Shown here: positions 9,001 through 16,700 of the stretch, piece after piece
Numbering within the stretch: position 1 is the stretch's first letter
How the letters are laid out: every line of letters begins with the position of its first letter
Assembly (NCBI GenBank): GCA_963668625.2
Contig: CAXXKA010000010.1
Location: 256,001-320,000, forward strand
Reading direction: 5' to 3'
Origin: an uncultured candidate division Zixibacteria bacterium
Lineage (GTDB): Bacteria; Zixibacteria; MSB-5A5; UBA10806; 4484-95
DNA: 64,000 nucleotides
The notes under the pieces: model-generated
Database searches by the model: none
The model's input: only the letters and a program-made list of their open reading frames with translations
Told to the model about the DNA's origin: nothing
Position numbers and translations under genes: made by a program

Positions 9001-11919
9001 GTTTTCATAATTGCTAGTGATGGCGAAAGCAGCGATAGCCAGATTGTCAGTATCACCGTTAATGAGGCCGGCAATCAGGCGCCACAATTTAATCCAGTGG
9101 ATACTCTTCTGACAGTTGTAGAGGGCGACAGCCTTGGTGTCGTTATATCAGCTTACGATGAAGATGGAGATATGATCTCGTTTAATTACGGATCGCTGCC
9201 ATTTAACTCCGGCTTTACGAATCTGTCCGCAGATTCGATCCTGTTCTATTTCAAACCGAACTATACTCAGGTTGGAAGTTACACGGTGAATATGAATGTC
9301 AGTGACGGCAGTCTTTCGACTGATTTGAGAATAAGTATTGATGTTCTCGAGGCCGGCAGCCTGGCGCCGATTTTCGATCCGATTGAAGCGCAGAGTGTTG
9401 ATGAGGGGGATACGCTCCTGGTTAATCTTTCTGCGAATGACCCGGATGGTACCGAACCGCCGATTATTACTATCAACAACCCGCATCCGCACTCTGAATT
9501 TACCGATAACGGCGACGGCACCGCAATCTACAGGTATATGCCTGATTATCTCGATGCCGATCTCGATACACTTGTTTTCATTGCGATAGATTCGGAAAAT
9601 CTGCAAGGTATACTCAGGGTTGAGGTGACCACGGATGAAACTAACCTTCCGCCTGATTTGATGTACGAGGGTGATTCGGTTGCCATTCAAGGTGAAACCA
9701 TGAGAGCGCAATTGATCGCTACCGACACAACTGATTCGGATGGCGGTCCGTTATTCCTATCGGCATTATACCTGCCGGATAACGCCCAGTTTACCGATAA
9801 CGGTGATCATACCGGTGAATTCGAATTCTCGCCGGCATACGATCAGGTAGGATTGGATTCAGCAGTGTTCATCGCGGTGGATGATGATTTACCGTCAATG
9901 TCCTCGACGATAACTGTTCATATTGAGATAAGAAGTCAGAACCGACGACCCGTTTGGGATCCGATCGATTCTTATGAGATTGATCAGGCTGAAACGCTCA
10001 CTGTAGACATATCCGCCACCGATCCCGATGGGGATACATTGATACTGCAACTGGCCCAGACTCCCGCGCCCCCGAGAAACGCCAGTATTGTAGATAACGG
10101 TGACGGCACGGGCGAACTTATATTCGCACCGGATTATACTCAGCAGGGAGTATTCATTATAAATCTGGTGGCATACGATCTTCTGGATAGAGCCACAACT
10201 TATGCCTTTGTCATGGTAAACGATCTGGGGAATCAGCCACCTACGCTGAATTTCATAGAGGATATCACGCTTGATGAGGGAGATAGTATCGAGGTTGTCG
10301 TTACAGCCACCGATCCTGATTCGACCTCGCCCGCTATACTGGTTGAAGGCGCTCCGCACAGGTTTAATTATCTGGATAACGGTGACGGGACAATGGATAT
10401 ATCGTTTATTCCTCTTTTCAACCAGGCTGGAACTTATGAGCTGCTGTTTATGGCGATGGATTCCGATGGCGCCGCTGATTCACAATATGTAAATATAACC
10501 GTAATTGAGGTGGGCAACCAACCGCCGAGAATCGATGTTATCAGTTTCCTGCCCGTCGATGAAATGCAGACGGTGAACAGGTTGATCAGCGCCAGCGATC
10601 CAGATTCTACTATACCATCCTTGCGCCTGCTTAATCCGCCGGAGAACGCGACATTCGTCGATTCCGGCAACGGCTATGGAAGGTTTATCTGGACGCCTAA
10701 CTACTTCCAGTCAGGTACCGATACACTGGTATTCAGGGCTATCGATGAGGAGGATTCGACGGTTTTCTACGATCGCCAGGCGATTCTGGTAATCAATAAT
10801 GTGAATCGTCCTCCAACCATGGAGGAAATAGTTGGCCATGTCGTAGCCGAGGGTGAAACGCTTGGATTCCTGGTAACGGCCGACGACCCTGATAACACTT
10901 TCCCGATTTTACGTATGGTTACACAACTGAATAACACCACCTTTACGGACTCCGGTAACGGCGTGGGTTATTTCAGTTTCACGCCCGCCTATAATCAATC
11001 GGGATACCGACCGGTAATGTTCTATGCCAGGGATGTCGATGACACCACGGTATTTGCCGAGGCGCTCGCCAGAATCACGGTGACTAATGTCAATCGCCCG
11101 CCGGTTATGGAGAGTTTACCCGAAGACACGACTATTGCGGATGGCACTCAATTCGAGTTAACGATCACCGCTAGTGATCCTGATGGAAATACTCCGTCAT
11201 TGCTAGCCTCCAATATGCCGTCCACGGCAACATTCGTGGATAATGGCGATGGTACCGGACTATTCAGATTCCTGACTGATTTTGGCGATGTTGGAGATTA
11301 TGCGGTAACATTCTGGGCTCGCGATCCCGATAATTCATCAGTGTTGGTAAGCCAGACCGTGACTATTCATGTCATAGCCGCCGCTGAGCATGCACCGTAT
11401 TTCGTCAACAGTGATACTACGATTTCTACCCGACCTCTTGAATTGTTGAATATCATGATGGAGGCGATTGATTATGACGGCGATGCACTGACATTCTCTT
11501 ATATCGGTTCTCTGCCGACTGGAGCTGTTTTAACCGATGGTGGCGATGGAACCGCCGTGTTTAACTGGACGCCAAGCTATGCTCAGAACGATTCGCAATA
11601 TACACTACAATTCGTTGTTACCGATGCTACCGACAGATCGGATACATACACGATGCAGATTGAGGTGAGAAATTGGATCAGGGGTGACGCCAATGGTGAC
11701 GGAAGCGTACTTGGCTCGGACGTTGTTTATCTCGTGAATTATTTCAGATCGCTTGTCCCGAGACCCGAACCCGTACAGCGCGGTGATGCTAACGGCGACG
11801 GCGATATTCTTGGCTCGGATGTCACTTACCTGGTTAACTATTTCAGAGGTGTAGGCCCCCCGCCTCCGCCGGGTCCGGCCACAGATGATAACAATAACCT
11901 TTTTGAACTAAGGGACTAA
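1..11919 (+). CDS. Giant secreted tandem cadherin/Ig-like repeat protein with C-terminal dockerin (5'-truncated by window edge)
   Basis: Frame is open from base 1 (TGSGLFGFNPDFTQAG...), so the ATG at 199 is internal. 41 complete ~93-95 aa domains start at N-x-x-P linkers and carry SDPDG/TDFD and F.DSGNGHGLF.F.P.Y.Q.G.Y motifs. Ends RGDANGDGSVLGSDVVYLVNYF...RGDANGDGDILGSDVTYLVNYF (duplicated Ca-loop/helix = dockerin). Confidence 0.9.
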   Translation, partial: TGSGLFGFNPDFTQAGIYNVGFIASDGELVDTEYVEITVNQVNIAPELNPITDQVIDEGDVFNLVVMSTDYDNDILTMVAEDLPSNATFTDSGNGHGLFRFSPDYTQTGDYTVRFIVSDSDLADTLDVGIIVNNTNRVPVLGTLTDRSVNEDDFISFIVGASDPDGVIPVLTTIDLPANASFEDYSTGTGLFTFSPDNSQSGLYTIGFVASDGDLADTGYIDITVNQVNLAPVLNPPSPQSVEEGGHLEFVVTSSDYDLDALTLSAEDIPLNATFTDSGNGHGLFTFDPSFDQAGVYHVRFIVSDSEFSDSALVSITVGGTNLPPVGEAITDREVNEGGFLSITVNFSDPDGQLLAISSFDRPSNSSFVDNGNNSGRFEFNPDSSQAGSYIVGFIGYDGSLSDTIYANIDVNDINVAPYLDPITTPQTVTEGQTLTFNVSASDYDGNTLTLTTSSLPAHAAFTDSGNGVGTFRFTPNFEQSGDYEIWFNVSDGSLNDSQLVEITVNEINRAPEIADIMSQVIDEGSDLFLYIKSSDPDGQIPVLSAFDMPIRTELIDSSNGRGTLIFRPNYSQSGIYNIGIVSSDGDLADTFVVDITVNDINLAPEIDPLNSQLTNEGEHLELVVTSSDFDEDNLVFTVNDLPLNAVFTDSSNGHGLLTFDPDYSQSGVYNVQFIVSDGDLSDTATVEITVLHINMPPELASIGSRSVAESGHLELLITATDLDAQTLILTAESLPLNAVFSDSGNGHGLFMFDPDNTQAGTYNIRFIASDGTLADSELVEITVNDVNQAPVLAALGDTTVNEGGTLVMTVTATDFDNDTITLNAFNLPTNASFTDNGGGSGTFDFSPDYSQDGAYTVGFVAGDGDLADTVQITVTVNNSNQSPTVASITDRNVNEGAYLSFIVSATDPDGVTPSLAMIDGPLNATFDDNGNGSGLFTFSPGYTQAGAYDIGFVGSDGELADTEYVQITVNQINIGPSFDPISAQVVSEGGHLEFAVISTDFDDDPLVVNEYSLPTHAAFEDSGNGHGLFTFDPDYGQSGVYTVRFISSDGSLSDTIDVAITVTNNNLPPTLGSLADRIIDEDDYLGFVVSAGDPDGTTPVLSALDVPVNGTFEDNGNGSGLFTFNPDYTQSGVYTVTFFATDGELSDTGTVEITVNNVNLAPELDPISPQSVEEGGNLELVVSSTDFDGDQLYLSAENIPANSSFADSGNGHGLFTFNPSFDQDGVYYIRFISFDGSLADSQLVSVSVGQTNLPPVGEEISAQVIDEQATLNFPVSFTDPDGQLLILSSINAPANSSFHDNNDGTGEFEFNPDSSQAGDYTVGFIGYDGLLADTVYAEITVNDVNVAPILGQITSPQTVAEGQLLTFAVAASDFDANILTLTALPLPTNAVFDDSGNGHGLFTFSPDYTQSGQYDIWFKAADSSLADSQLVVINVTEFNRSPVITSVPSQVINEGETLQVVIEAVDPDGQIPVLSALDMPTNAVFTDSGNGNGLFEFTPDFNQNGNYTVRFIATDSELSDTISVEITVNESNLPPELETITDQDMDEGTHLEFIVSSFDPDLDELTLTALNLPSNAAFTDSGNGHGLFTFDPDYTQAGDYQVSFISSDGDLADTMAANITVNHVNLPPELAEIGAQSVDENGHLEFVITSSDFDEQALTLNVVDLPINAAFTDSGNGHGLFAFDPDYTQAGVYPVLYIVSDGELADSEMVNITVNDINLAPEIAEITDQSVAEGEHLEFNVIATDFDENSLSLTTIDLPANATFDDSGNGHGLFAFDPDFNQQGVYDIGFVAGDGNLADTEYVQVTVYETNLPPVITPVADRTLDEGAFQSFVVSSSDPDGTTPTLTMFNNPANTLFEDNGNGTGLFQFSPDYTQSGVYDIGFIASDGVLADTEMVQVTVNHINIAPVLEPVASQVVSEGGHLEFVVASSDFDADVLTLLASNMPSNATFADSGNGHGLFEFDPVYDQGGNYNVRFICSDGDLTDTIDVTITVNNTNQSPELGTLTDRNIDEDQYLGFVVSATDPDGTTPILSVFDLPTNAQFEDNGNGTGLFTFRPDYSQAGVLNVGFIASDGELRDTGYVEITVNQVNLAPELGSILPQSVEEGGHLEMVVLSTDFDNDALTLSAEDLPVNAVFSDSGNGHGLFVFDPTFDQEGIYYIRFIVTDGALADSQLVSVSVGGTNLPPVGEAVADQEVAEQGNLQFAVTFADPDGQLLSLSSFDRPGNSSFIDNEDGTGSFTFDPDSSQAGVYDVGFVGFDGLLADTVMVSITVTDVNVRPSLDTIQTPQLVVEGESLIFGVTADDFDGNVLNLTTSTLPTNAAFVDSGNNAGSFSFSPDFTQSGSYDIWFIASDTALADSQMVTISVVEENLPPVLADVPAQSIDEGGLLEFVVISTDPDGQTLSLWALDMPDNATFDDSGNGHGLFSFSPDNAQAGEYAVGFVASDGGLNDTISVDITVNHINLAPVLDTIGPLTLYEGTRFELVITSSDFDLDELTLTASNLPVNASFADSGNGHGLFVFDPAYGQAGDYTVTFITNDGVLADTEIVEITVQQSNRPPKWETIPNYSVQEGGILQFTVAASDPDSTTPALSIDNYPANITFVDSGNGHGWFRFAPSYTQSGVYDILFLASDGDLVDTAIVQITVNESGNQHPVITPVQSQEVNEGEHLEFVLIATDPEGSIPILSAMNMPANSAFIDSGNGHGLYQFDPDFFQSGVYDVSFIAFDGQYADTELVEITVYDVGFAPELDPIGPQTVAEGSSLELTITGSDPDLTFPELIAENLPENATFTDSGNGVGVMIFNPDYTQAGVITVLFIATDGALSDSEYVQVTVTEFGNVAPILELIPDISLSEGDSVGITISAADPDGNVPFLSVTDTPSNTEFDDNLDGTGTFIFQPDYYQAGEYDITFIADDGELADSQMVHITVSDRNGPPAIDEIMAQSVTEGDSLGFLINSVDPDNNAVTLSADDVPENAYLVDNTDGTGVFNFLPGYTQAGLYEVFIIASDGESSDSQIVSITVNEAGNQAPQFNPVDTLLTVVEGDSLGVVISAYDEDGDMISFNYGSLPFNSGFTNLSADSILFYFKPNYTQVGSYTVNMNVSDGSLSTDLRISIDVLEAGSLAPIFDPIEAQSVDEGDTLLVNLSANDPDGTEPPIITINNPHPHSEFTDNGDGTAIYRYMPDYLDADLDTLVFIAIDSENLQGILRVEVTTDETNLPPDLMYEGDSVAIQGETMRAQLIATDTTDSDGGPLFLSALYLPDNAQFTDNGDHTGEFEFSPAYDQVGLDSAVFIAVDDDLPSMSSTITVHIEIRSQNRRPVWDPIDSYEIDQAETLTVDISATDPDGDTLILQLAQTPAPPRNASIVDNGDGTGELIFAPDYTQQGVFIINLVAYDLLDRATTYAFVMVNDLGNQPPTLNFIEDITLDEGDSIEVVVTATDPDSTSPAILVEGAPHRFNYLDNGDGTMDISFIPLFNQAGTYELLFMAMDSDGAADSQYVNITVIEVGNQPPRIDVISFLPVDEMQTVNRLISASDPDSTIPSLRLLNPPENATFVDSGNGYGRFIWTPNYFQSGTDTLVFRAIDEEDSTVFYDRQAILVINNVNRPPTMEEIVGHVVAEGETLGFLVTADDPDNTFPILRMVTQLNNTTFTDSGNGVGYFSFTPAYNQSGYRPVMFYARDVDDTTVFAEALARITVTNVNRPPVMESLPEDTTIADGTQFELTITASDPDGNTPSLLASNMPSTATFVDNGDGTGLFRFLTDFGDVGDYAVTFWARDPDNSSVLVSQTVTIHVIAAAEHAPYFVNSDTTISTRPLELLNIMMEAIDYDGDALTFSYIGSLPTGAVLTDGGDGTAVFNWTPSYAQNDSQYTLQFVVTDATDRSDTYTMQIEVRNWIRGDANGDGSVLGSDVVYLVNYFRSLVPRPEPVQRGDANGDGDILGSDVTYLVNYFRGVGPPPPPGPATDDNNNLFELRD
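127..7668 (+). repeat. Intragenic 10-domain super-repeat, period 2793 nt (931 aa), about 2.7 copies in window
   Basis: G(G/Q)TNLPPVGE starts at 955, 3748 and 6541. NI(A/G)P linkers at 127, 2920 and 5713. The single 94-aa domain recurs every tenth unit. Confidence 0.9.
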
Positions 11920-11951
11920 GTTTAAAAGCTCCACCGTGAGGTTTGGTTGAG

Positions 11952-13460
11952 ATGAAAAAAATAGCAGTAAGTTTAATCATCCTGATAATGCTCCTGAGCG
12001 GCAGCGCTGCTTTTGGAGAGTTTAACCATAAAAATATGGTTTTACTCGAGGATCAGGATGGGTACGAAATTTCATTCGGGCCATCCGTGGAAGCCTACCA
12101 GGGACAGGAAAATATAATTGTACCGATTCGATTGGTAAGCGAGGAGGAGGTCAATTACATTTATTCGTATATTGAATATGACGCCTCGTTGCTGGCGCCG
12201 GTTACAGTGGCTCCATCCATGTTTTTTCAGCATTTCGAGTACGATTTCGTCTCTGAAGGTAAAATCGAACTGGAACTTCAATGCAACTTGCTGCCCCCGC
12301 CGGCGGTAGACCCGATTCCTCCCGGTGATACGGCTTTCGCTTATATAGTATTCGATGTTCTGGCGGAAAATATCGATCATGACCTGGCCGCTTTGCTGGA
12401 TTTTGCCGAGGATATAAACACGCCGTTTCCGGATAATTTTATCATGCTGGATAATGGTTACTTTATTGTACCTCCGCAACTCAGTCTTACCCCGGGCTCG
12501 GTTTTCATTTTTCGGCCTCTTTATGGAGATATCAATCTCAACAATATGGTTTATGAAATCGGAGATATGATTACATTTATTTCGCATTTGAGCGGGGAGA
12601 CAAGTTTCACTCCCCGCCAAACTGCGAATTCGGATTGTAATCGTGATGGCGTAGCGGCTACGGTTTCGGACCTGGTTTACATGCTAAATGTGATAAATGG
12701 AGAACCCGATACATTGCTGTACTCGCCGGGTATGCCGATTGAACCATATCAGCTCACGGAAATCTATACCATATATGCTCCAGATCGGCTTAAAATCCTT
12801 GACAATAATTATATAATCCATATATTTCTAATAGCTGAAGAGCCTCTTAACGGCTTTTTAATTTCGCTTAAAACTCCTGATTTTATTTCGAGTGTCGGTG
12901 ATGTAGCTCTTGGCAGCAACGGAAACGACAAGATAGTTCTGAATTCAAGATCAAACAACGACAACCTGAATATTATTGGTTGTTGTCAGGGTGATGCTTT
13001 GAGTTCAACCGGTAAAATTCATTTACAAATCCCGGTTACCAGTAATGTATGTTTTACCAAGTCGGATTTAAGCGTTACGTTCAAAGACTTTTCAGATGAA
13101 GTAGGGAATATGATTAACGCAGAATTTGAAGTGCAAATCGAAGAATTGAATACTATTGCTATTAATACTACGGAGGAGGAAGATATATCCTCAGATGTAA
13201 GCATTTATCCCAATCCTTTCAACTCACGCGTTAATATTTCTTACGCTCTCTCACAGCAGAGCCTGGTTTCGGTGGAGGTCTTCGATATACTTGGCAGAAA
13301 GGTCAAGGTACTCAAGGACGGTTACGAAAACGCCGGAGTTCAGCATGTTAGCTGGGATGGTCGCAACTCGAGCGGAAGAATCGTATCATCGGGAATGTAT
13401 TTTTGCAAGTTAAGGTTAAATTCGCAGGAACAAACTATCAAAATCCATTTTTTGAAGTAG
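11952..13460 (+). CDS. Secreted cohesin-like + dockerin-like + T9SS/FlgD-Ig C-terminal sorting domain protein (putative adaptor scaffoldin)
   Basis: Signal peptide MKKIAVSLIILIMLLSGSAAFG. Cohesin-like strand pattern (VEAYQGQENIIVPIRL...IEYDASLL...PIPPGDTAFAYIVFDV). Dockerin-like YGDINLNN.YEIGD...SDCNRDG..ATVSDLVYMLNVING. C-terminal YPNPFN...VFDILGRKV...WDGRNSSG..VSSGMYF. ATG 11952 preferred over TTG 11943. Confidence 0.75.
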   Translation: MKKIAVSLIILIMLLSGSAAFGEFNHKNMVLLEDQDGYEISFGPSVEAYQGQENIIVPIRLVSEEEVNYIYSYIEYDASLLAPVTVAPSMFFQHFEYDFVSEGKIELELQCNLLPPPAVDPIPPGDTAFAYIVFDVLAENIDHDLAALLDFAEDINTPFPDNFIMLDNGYFIVPPQLSLTPGSVFIFRPLYGDINLNNMVYEIGDMITFISHLSGETSFTPRQTANSDCNRDGVAATVSDLVYMLNVINGEPDTLLYSPGMPIEPYQLTEIYTIYAPDRLKILDNNYIIHIFLIAEEPLNGFLISLKTPDFISSVGDVALGSNGNDKIVLNSRSNNDNLNIIGCCQGDALSSTGKIHLQIPVTSNVCFTKSDLSVTFKDFSDEVGNMINAEFEVQIEELNTIAINTTEEEDISSDVSIYPNPFNSRVNISYALSQQSLVSVEVFDILGRKVKVLKDGYENAGVQHVSWDGRNSSGRIVSSGMYFCKLRLNSQEQTIKIHFLK

Positions 13461-13755
13461 TTGTATTTACCGGCTGTCAAATATGCTTCTATTCTTCAGT
13501 TGTTTCTTGAACTGCGTTTGCCTTGCATAGAGCTTTGAAAAGCATAAAATTAAATAAGAAAGTAACTTGCGTGTAATTGGTAAGTGTAAACTTATTTTTC
13601 TAAGAAAGGAAGGTGTCAATAGGTTAAAGGAAATTACAAGATTGATACTCATTACAATTAACTCTTTGGCTTTGGAAATCAGGGTAATCATAGAGAAAAA
13701 AAGAAGTGTAAGTTAGTTTAACAAATTACTCCAAAGATTTTATGGAGGAAAAGTA

Positions 13756-16700
13756 ATGAGAAAAACTCTGTTACTTACAACAGTAATTATTCTCGCATTC
13801 AGCTTGGTTTTTGCCTGGGCTGGTGACAAGAAGGACCAGGTAGAAAAGAAGATTACTGCGACCAGTAATACGCACGCGCCTCAGGTTGATGATGTTAAAG
13901 AACAGAAAGCTCCTGAAGTCGCTCCTGCCGAACAACCGGCCGTAGTTCCTGAAGCTAAGGCTAAATTCATCGATCCCAATGATGAAAGAGTAGCTAAAGC
14001 TGACGAAGAACTGTATTTGCAGAAACAGAATGGTGCCTTTAAACCTGTCGAGCAGGTTGAAGAGGTTAACACCGTAGTAAAAGCAAAGGCAAAAGAAGTC
14101 AAAGCCGAAGAAGAAAAAGCAGTACGCATCATATCCGAGCATGAATTATTGAAAATCAAAGCCTCGGAAATGGGTGTTTCCGTAGAAGAGCTTCTCCACA
14201 AGGAAAGTATTGTACCTCTTACTCCTCCCGGATTGACTACTGCTACCGGTGATAATTGCGCCGATCCTATCACTCTGACAATTCCCGCAGATTTGCCCTT
14301 TGTCGATCAAGATCAGGCTACATGCGGTAGAGGCAATTCAGACAGTACCTCTTGCATGGGGAACTATGACGGTGGTGAAGATATCGTCTACGAAATCACC
14401 GTTACTGCCGATACCTATGTTAATTTCATTTTTGATCCTAAGGGAACAATCTGGACCGGTTTTGCTTTAGCAGCCGAATGTCCCCCTGTGACCTGTATTT
14501 TTAACAATACTTCAGCATCCGGTTCCGAGAGATCTCAAGACGGCGTTTTACTTGAGGCTACAGTCGGCACTTATTACCTGATGATCGATACCTATCCCGA
14601 TCCCGATTGTATTCCGGATTTTGATTTGACTATCGAAGAGTATACGGCTCCTACGGGTCGTTGCTGTGATTACACTGATCCTCCGAACCCGGTTTGTACC
14701 GATGGTGTTGAAGAGGCTGACTGTGATGGCGCGGCCATGACCTGGGTTGAAGGTCTTCTGTGTTCCACAGATCCTTGTCCGTCATATATTGGTAACGATT
14801 GCGCATATCCGATTGTCATTACCGATGCTGATCTTCCTTATTCCGAAACCGGGCAGACTACCTGTATGCGCGGTAACACTTACTCGGAAACCTGTCTGGG
14901 TAACTACGACAATGACGAGGATATCCTTTATGCATTCACCAATACATCTGGTGCAGATATCTTTATCGATGTCGAGGTAACCAATGCTACCGCGGCATAT
15001 CTCGGTATATTAGCCGATACACTTTGCCCCGGTGGTTCTTCATGTTTAGACTATGAGACCGGCTATTACGGCTCTTATGATATCTCCTTAGAGATCGTAC
15101 CGGTTAATGCGGGTCAGACCGTATATATCATGGTTGATAACTATGAAGAGGGTTGTTTCGATTTCGATTTCGATATAACCCAGTACTTAGTTCCTACCGG
15201 ACGTTGCTGTAACTACGATACCGATCCTGATAACCCGACCTGTACTGACGCTATGGAAGAAGACGACTGTGTTGCTTCCGGTACTGATGTAAGCTGGGTT
15301 GAGGATTATGATTGTACCACCAATCCTTGCCCGGTTCCCCCGGTTAACGACGATTGCGCTGATGCTATGACCGTCGTTCCTGATGTCGAGTATACAGTGG
15401 ATAACACCAGAGCTACCGATGATGGCGATGGCGGTGAAGACATTAGACATAATGTCTGGTACTGCTATACAGCTACCTTGACCGGTACAGCTCAGATCAG
15501 ACTGTGCGATTCTGATTTCGATACCGAATTAGCGGTTTATGAAGGCTGCAATTGCGATGCCGGTATGGCCAGCCGCATGCTCGCGTATAACGATGACAAC
15601 TCTACGGTTTGCGGTTCCGGTGGTCGTTCCGCTCTCGATCTGGATATCACTCTTGGTGAGAGTTACCTGATTGAGGCTGGTACGTATTCATCTTATACCA
15701 CTTTTGGCGATATCGTGCTTATCATCGAAGAAACCGCGGCTCCGGTCGAGGGTGATTCGATTGAGAACGCCTACACTATTCCCAGCTTGCCGTACAGCGA
15801 TGCGGGTAACACCTCCGCCTTTACCGACAACTACGTAGGTAGCTGCGGCACTCATGTCAGTGCCCCGGATGTCGTTTACGCTTATACCGCCACTGTCGAT
15901 ACGTTTATCGATATAAGCCTTTGCGGTAGCTCGTACGACACTCGTTTGTATGTATACGAGAACGATACCAGCACTGAGGTTGCCTGTGACGACGATGGTT
16001 GTCCCTCCGTGACTACAACAACTCGGTCCTGGATTAATGCTCTCTATGTAACCTCCGGCGACACTTATTACTTTGTTATTGATGGTTATAGCTCAAACAG
16101 CGGCGATTATGTAATCGACGTTGACTTTGCCGATCCGCCGGCTCTTGGTGATGCCTGTTCGAATCCGATCGACATTACCGCTTTCCCATACACCTTCGCG
16201 GATAACTCCTGCAACTACACCAACAAAGTCAGATACGACGGCCCGGATGTAATCTGGAGATTCACCCTGGCTGCTGCTGCTCGTCTCCAGTTCTCGCTGT
16301 GTAACTCCGATAGCGTCTTCTACGATAACCTCTTCCTCCATGAAGATGGTACTTGCGGAGGCGATTATCTTACTTACGAGTACGATGGTTGCGCATCCTC
16401 AGCTATGACTGAGTTCACTTATGACCTTGGAGCCGGTACCTACTATCTGGTGCTCGATGGTTCTTCCTCAACTCCGAATTGCGGCGAGTTCCAGTTAGAC
16501 ATCGCGGAAATCGTGATTCCGACCGGTCGTTGCTGTTATTACGATACTAATCCTGCTGATCCATACAGCCCGATCTGTGTTGATGCTATTACCGAGGTCG
16601 ATTGCGATGCCTTGATCGATACATTCAGCGGTACCTGGACCGAAGGTCTGGATTGTACCTCTGATCCTTGCCCGGTTCCTGTTGACTTTACAGGCACTGA

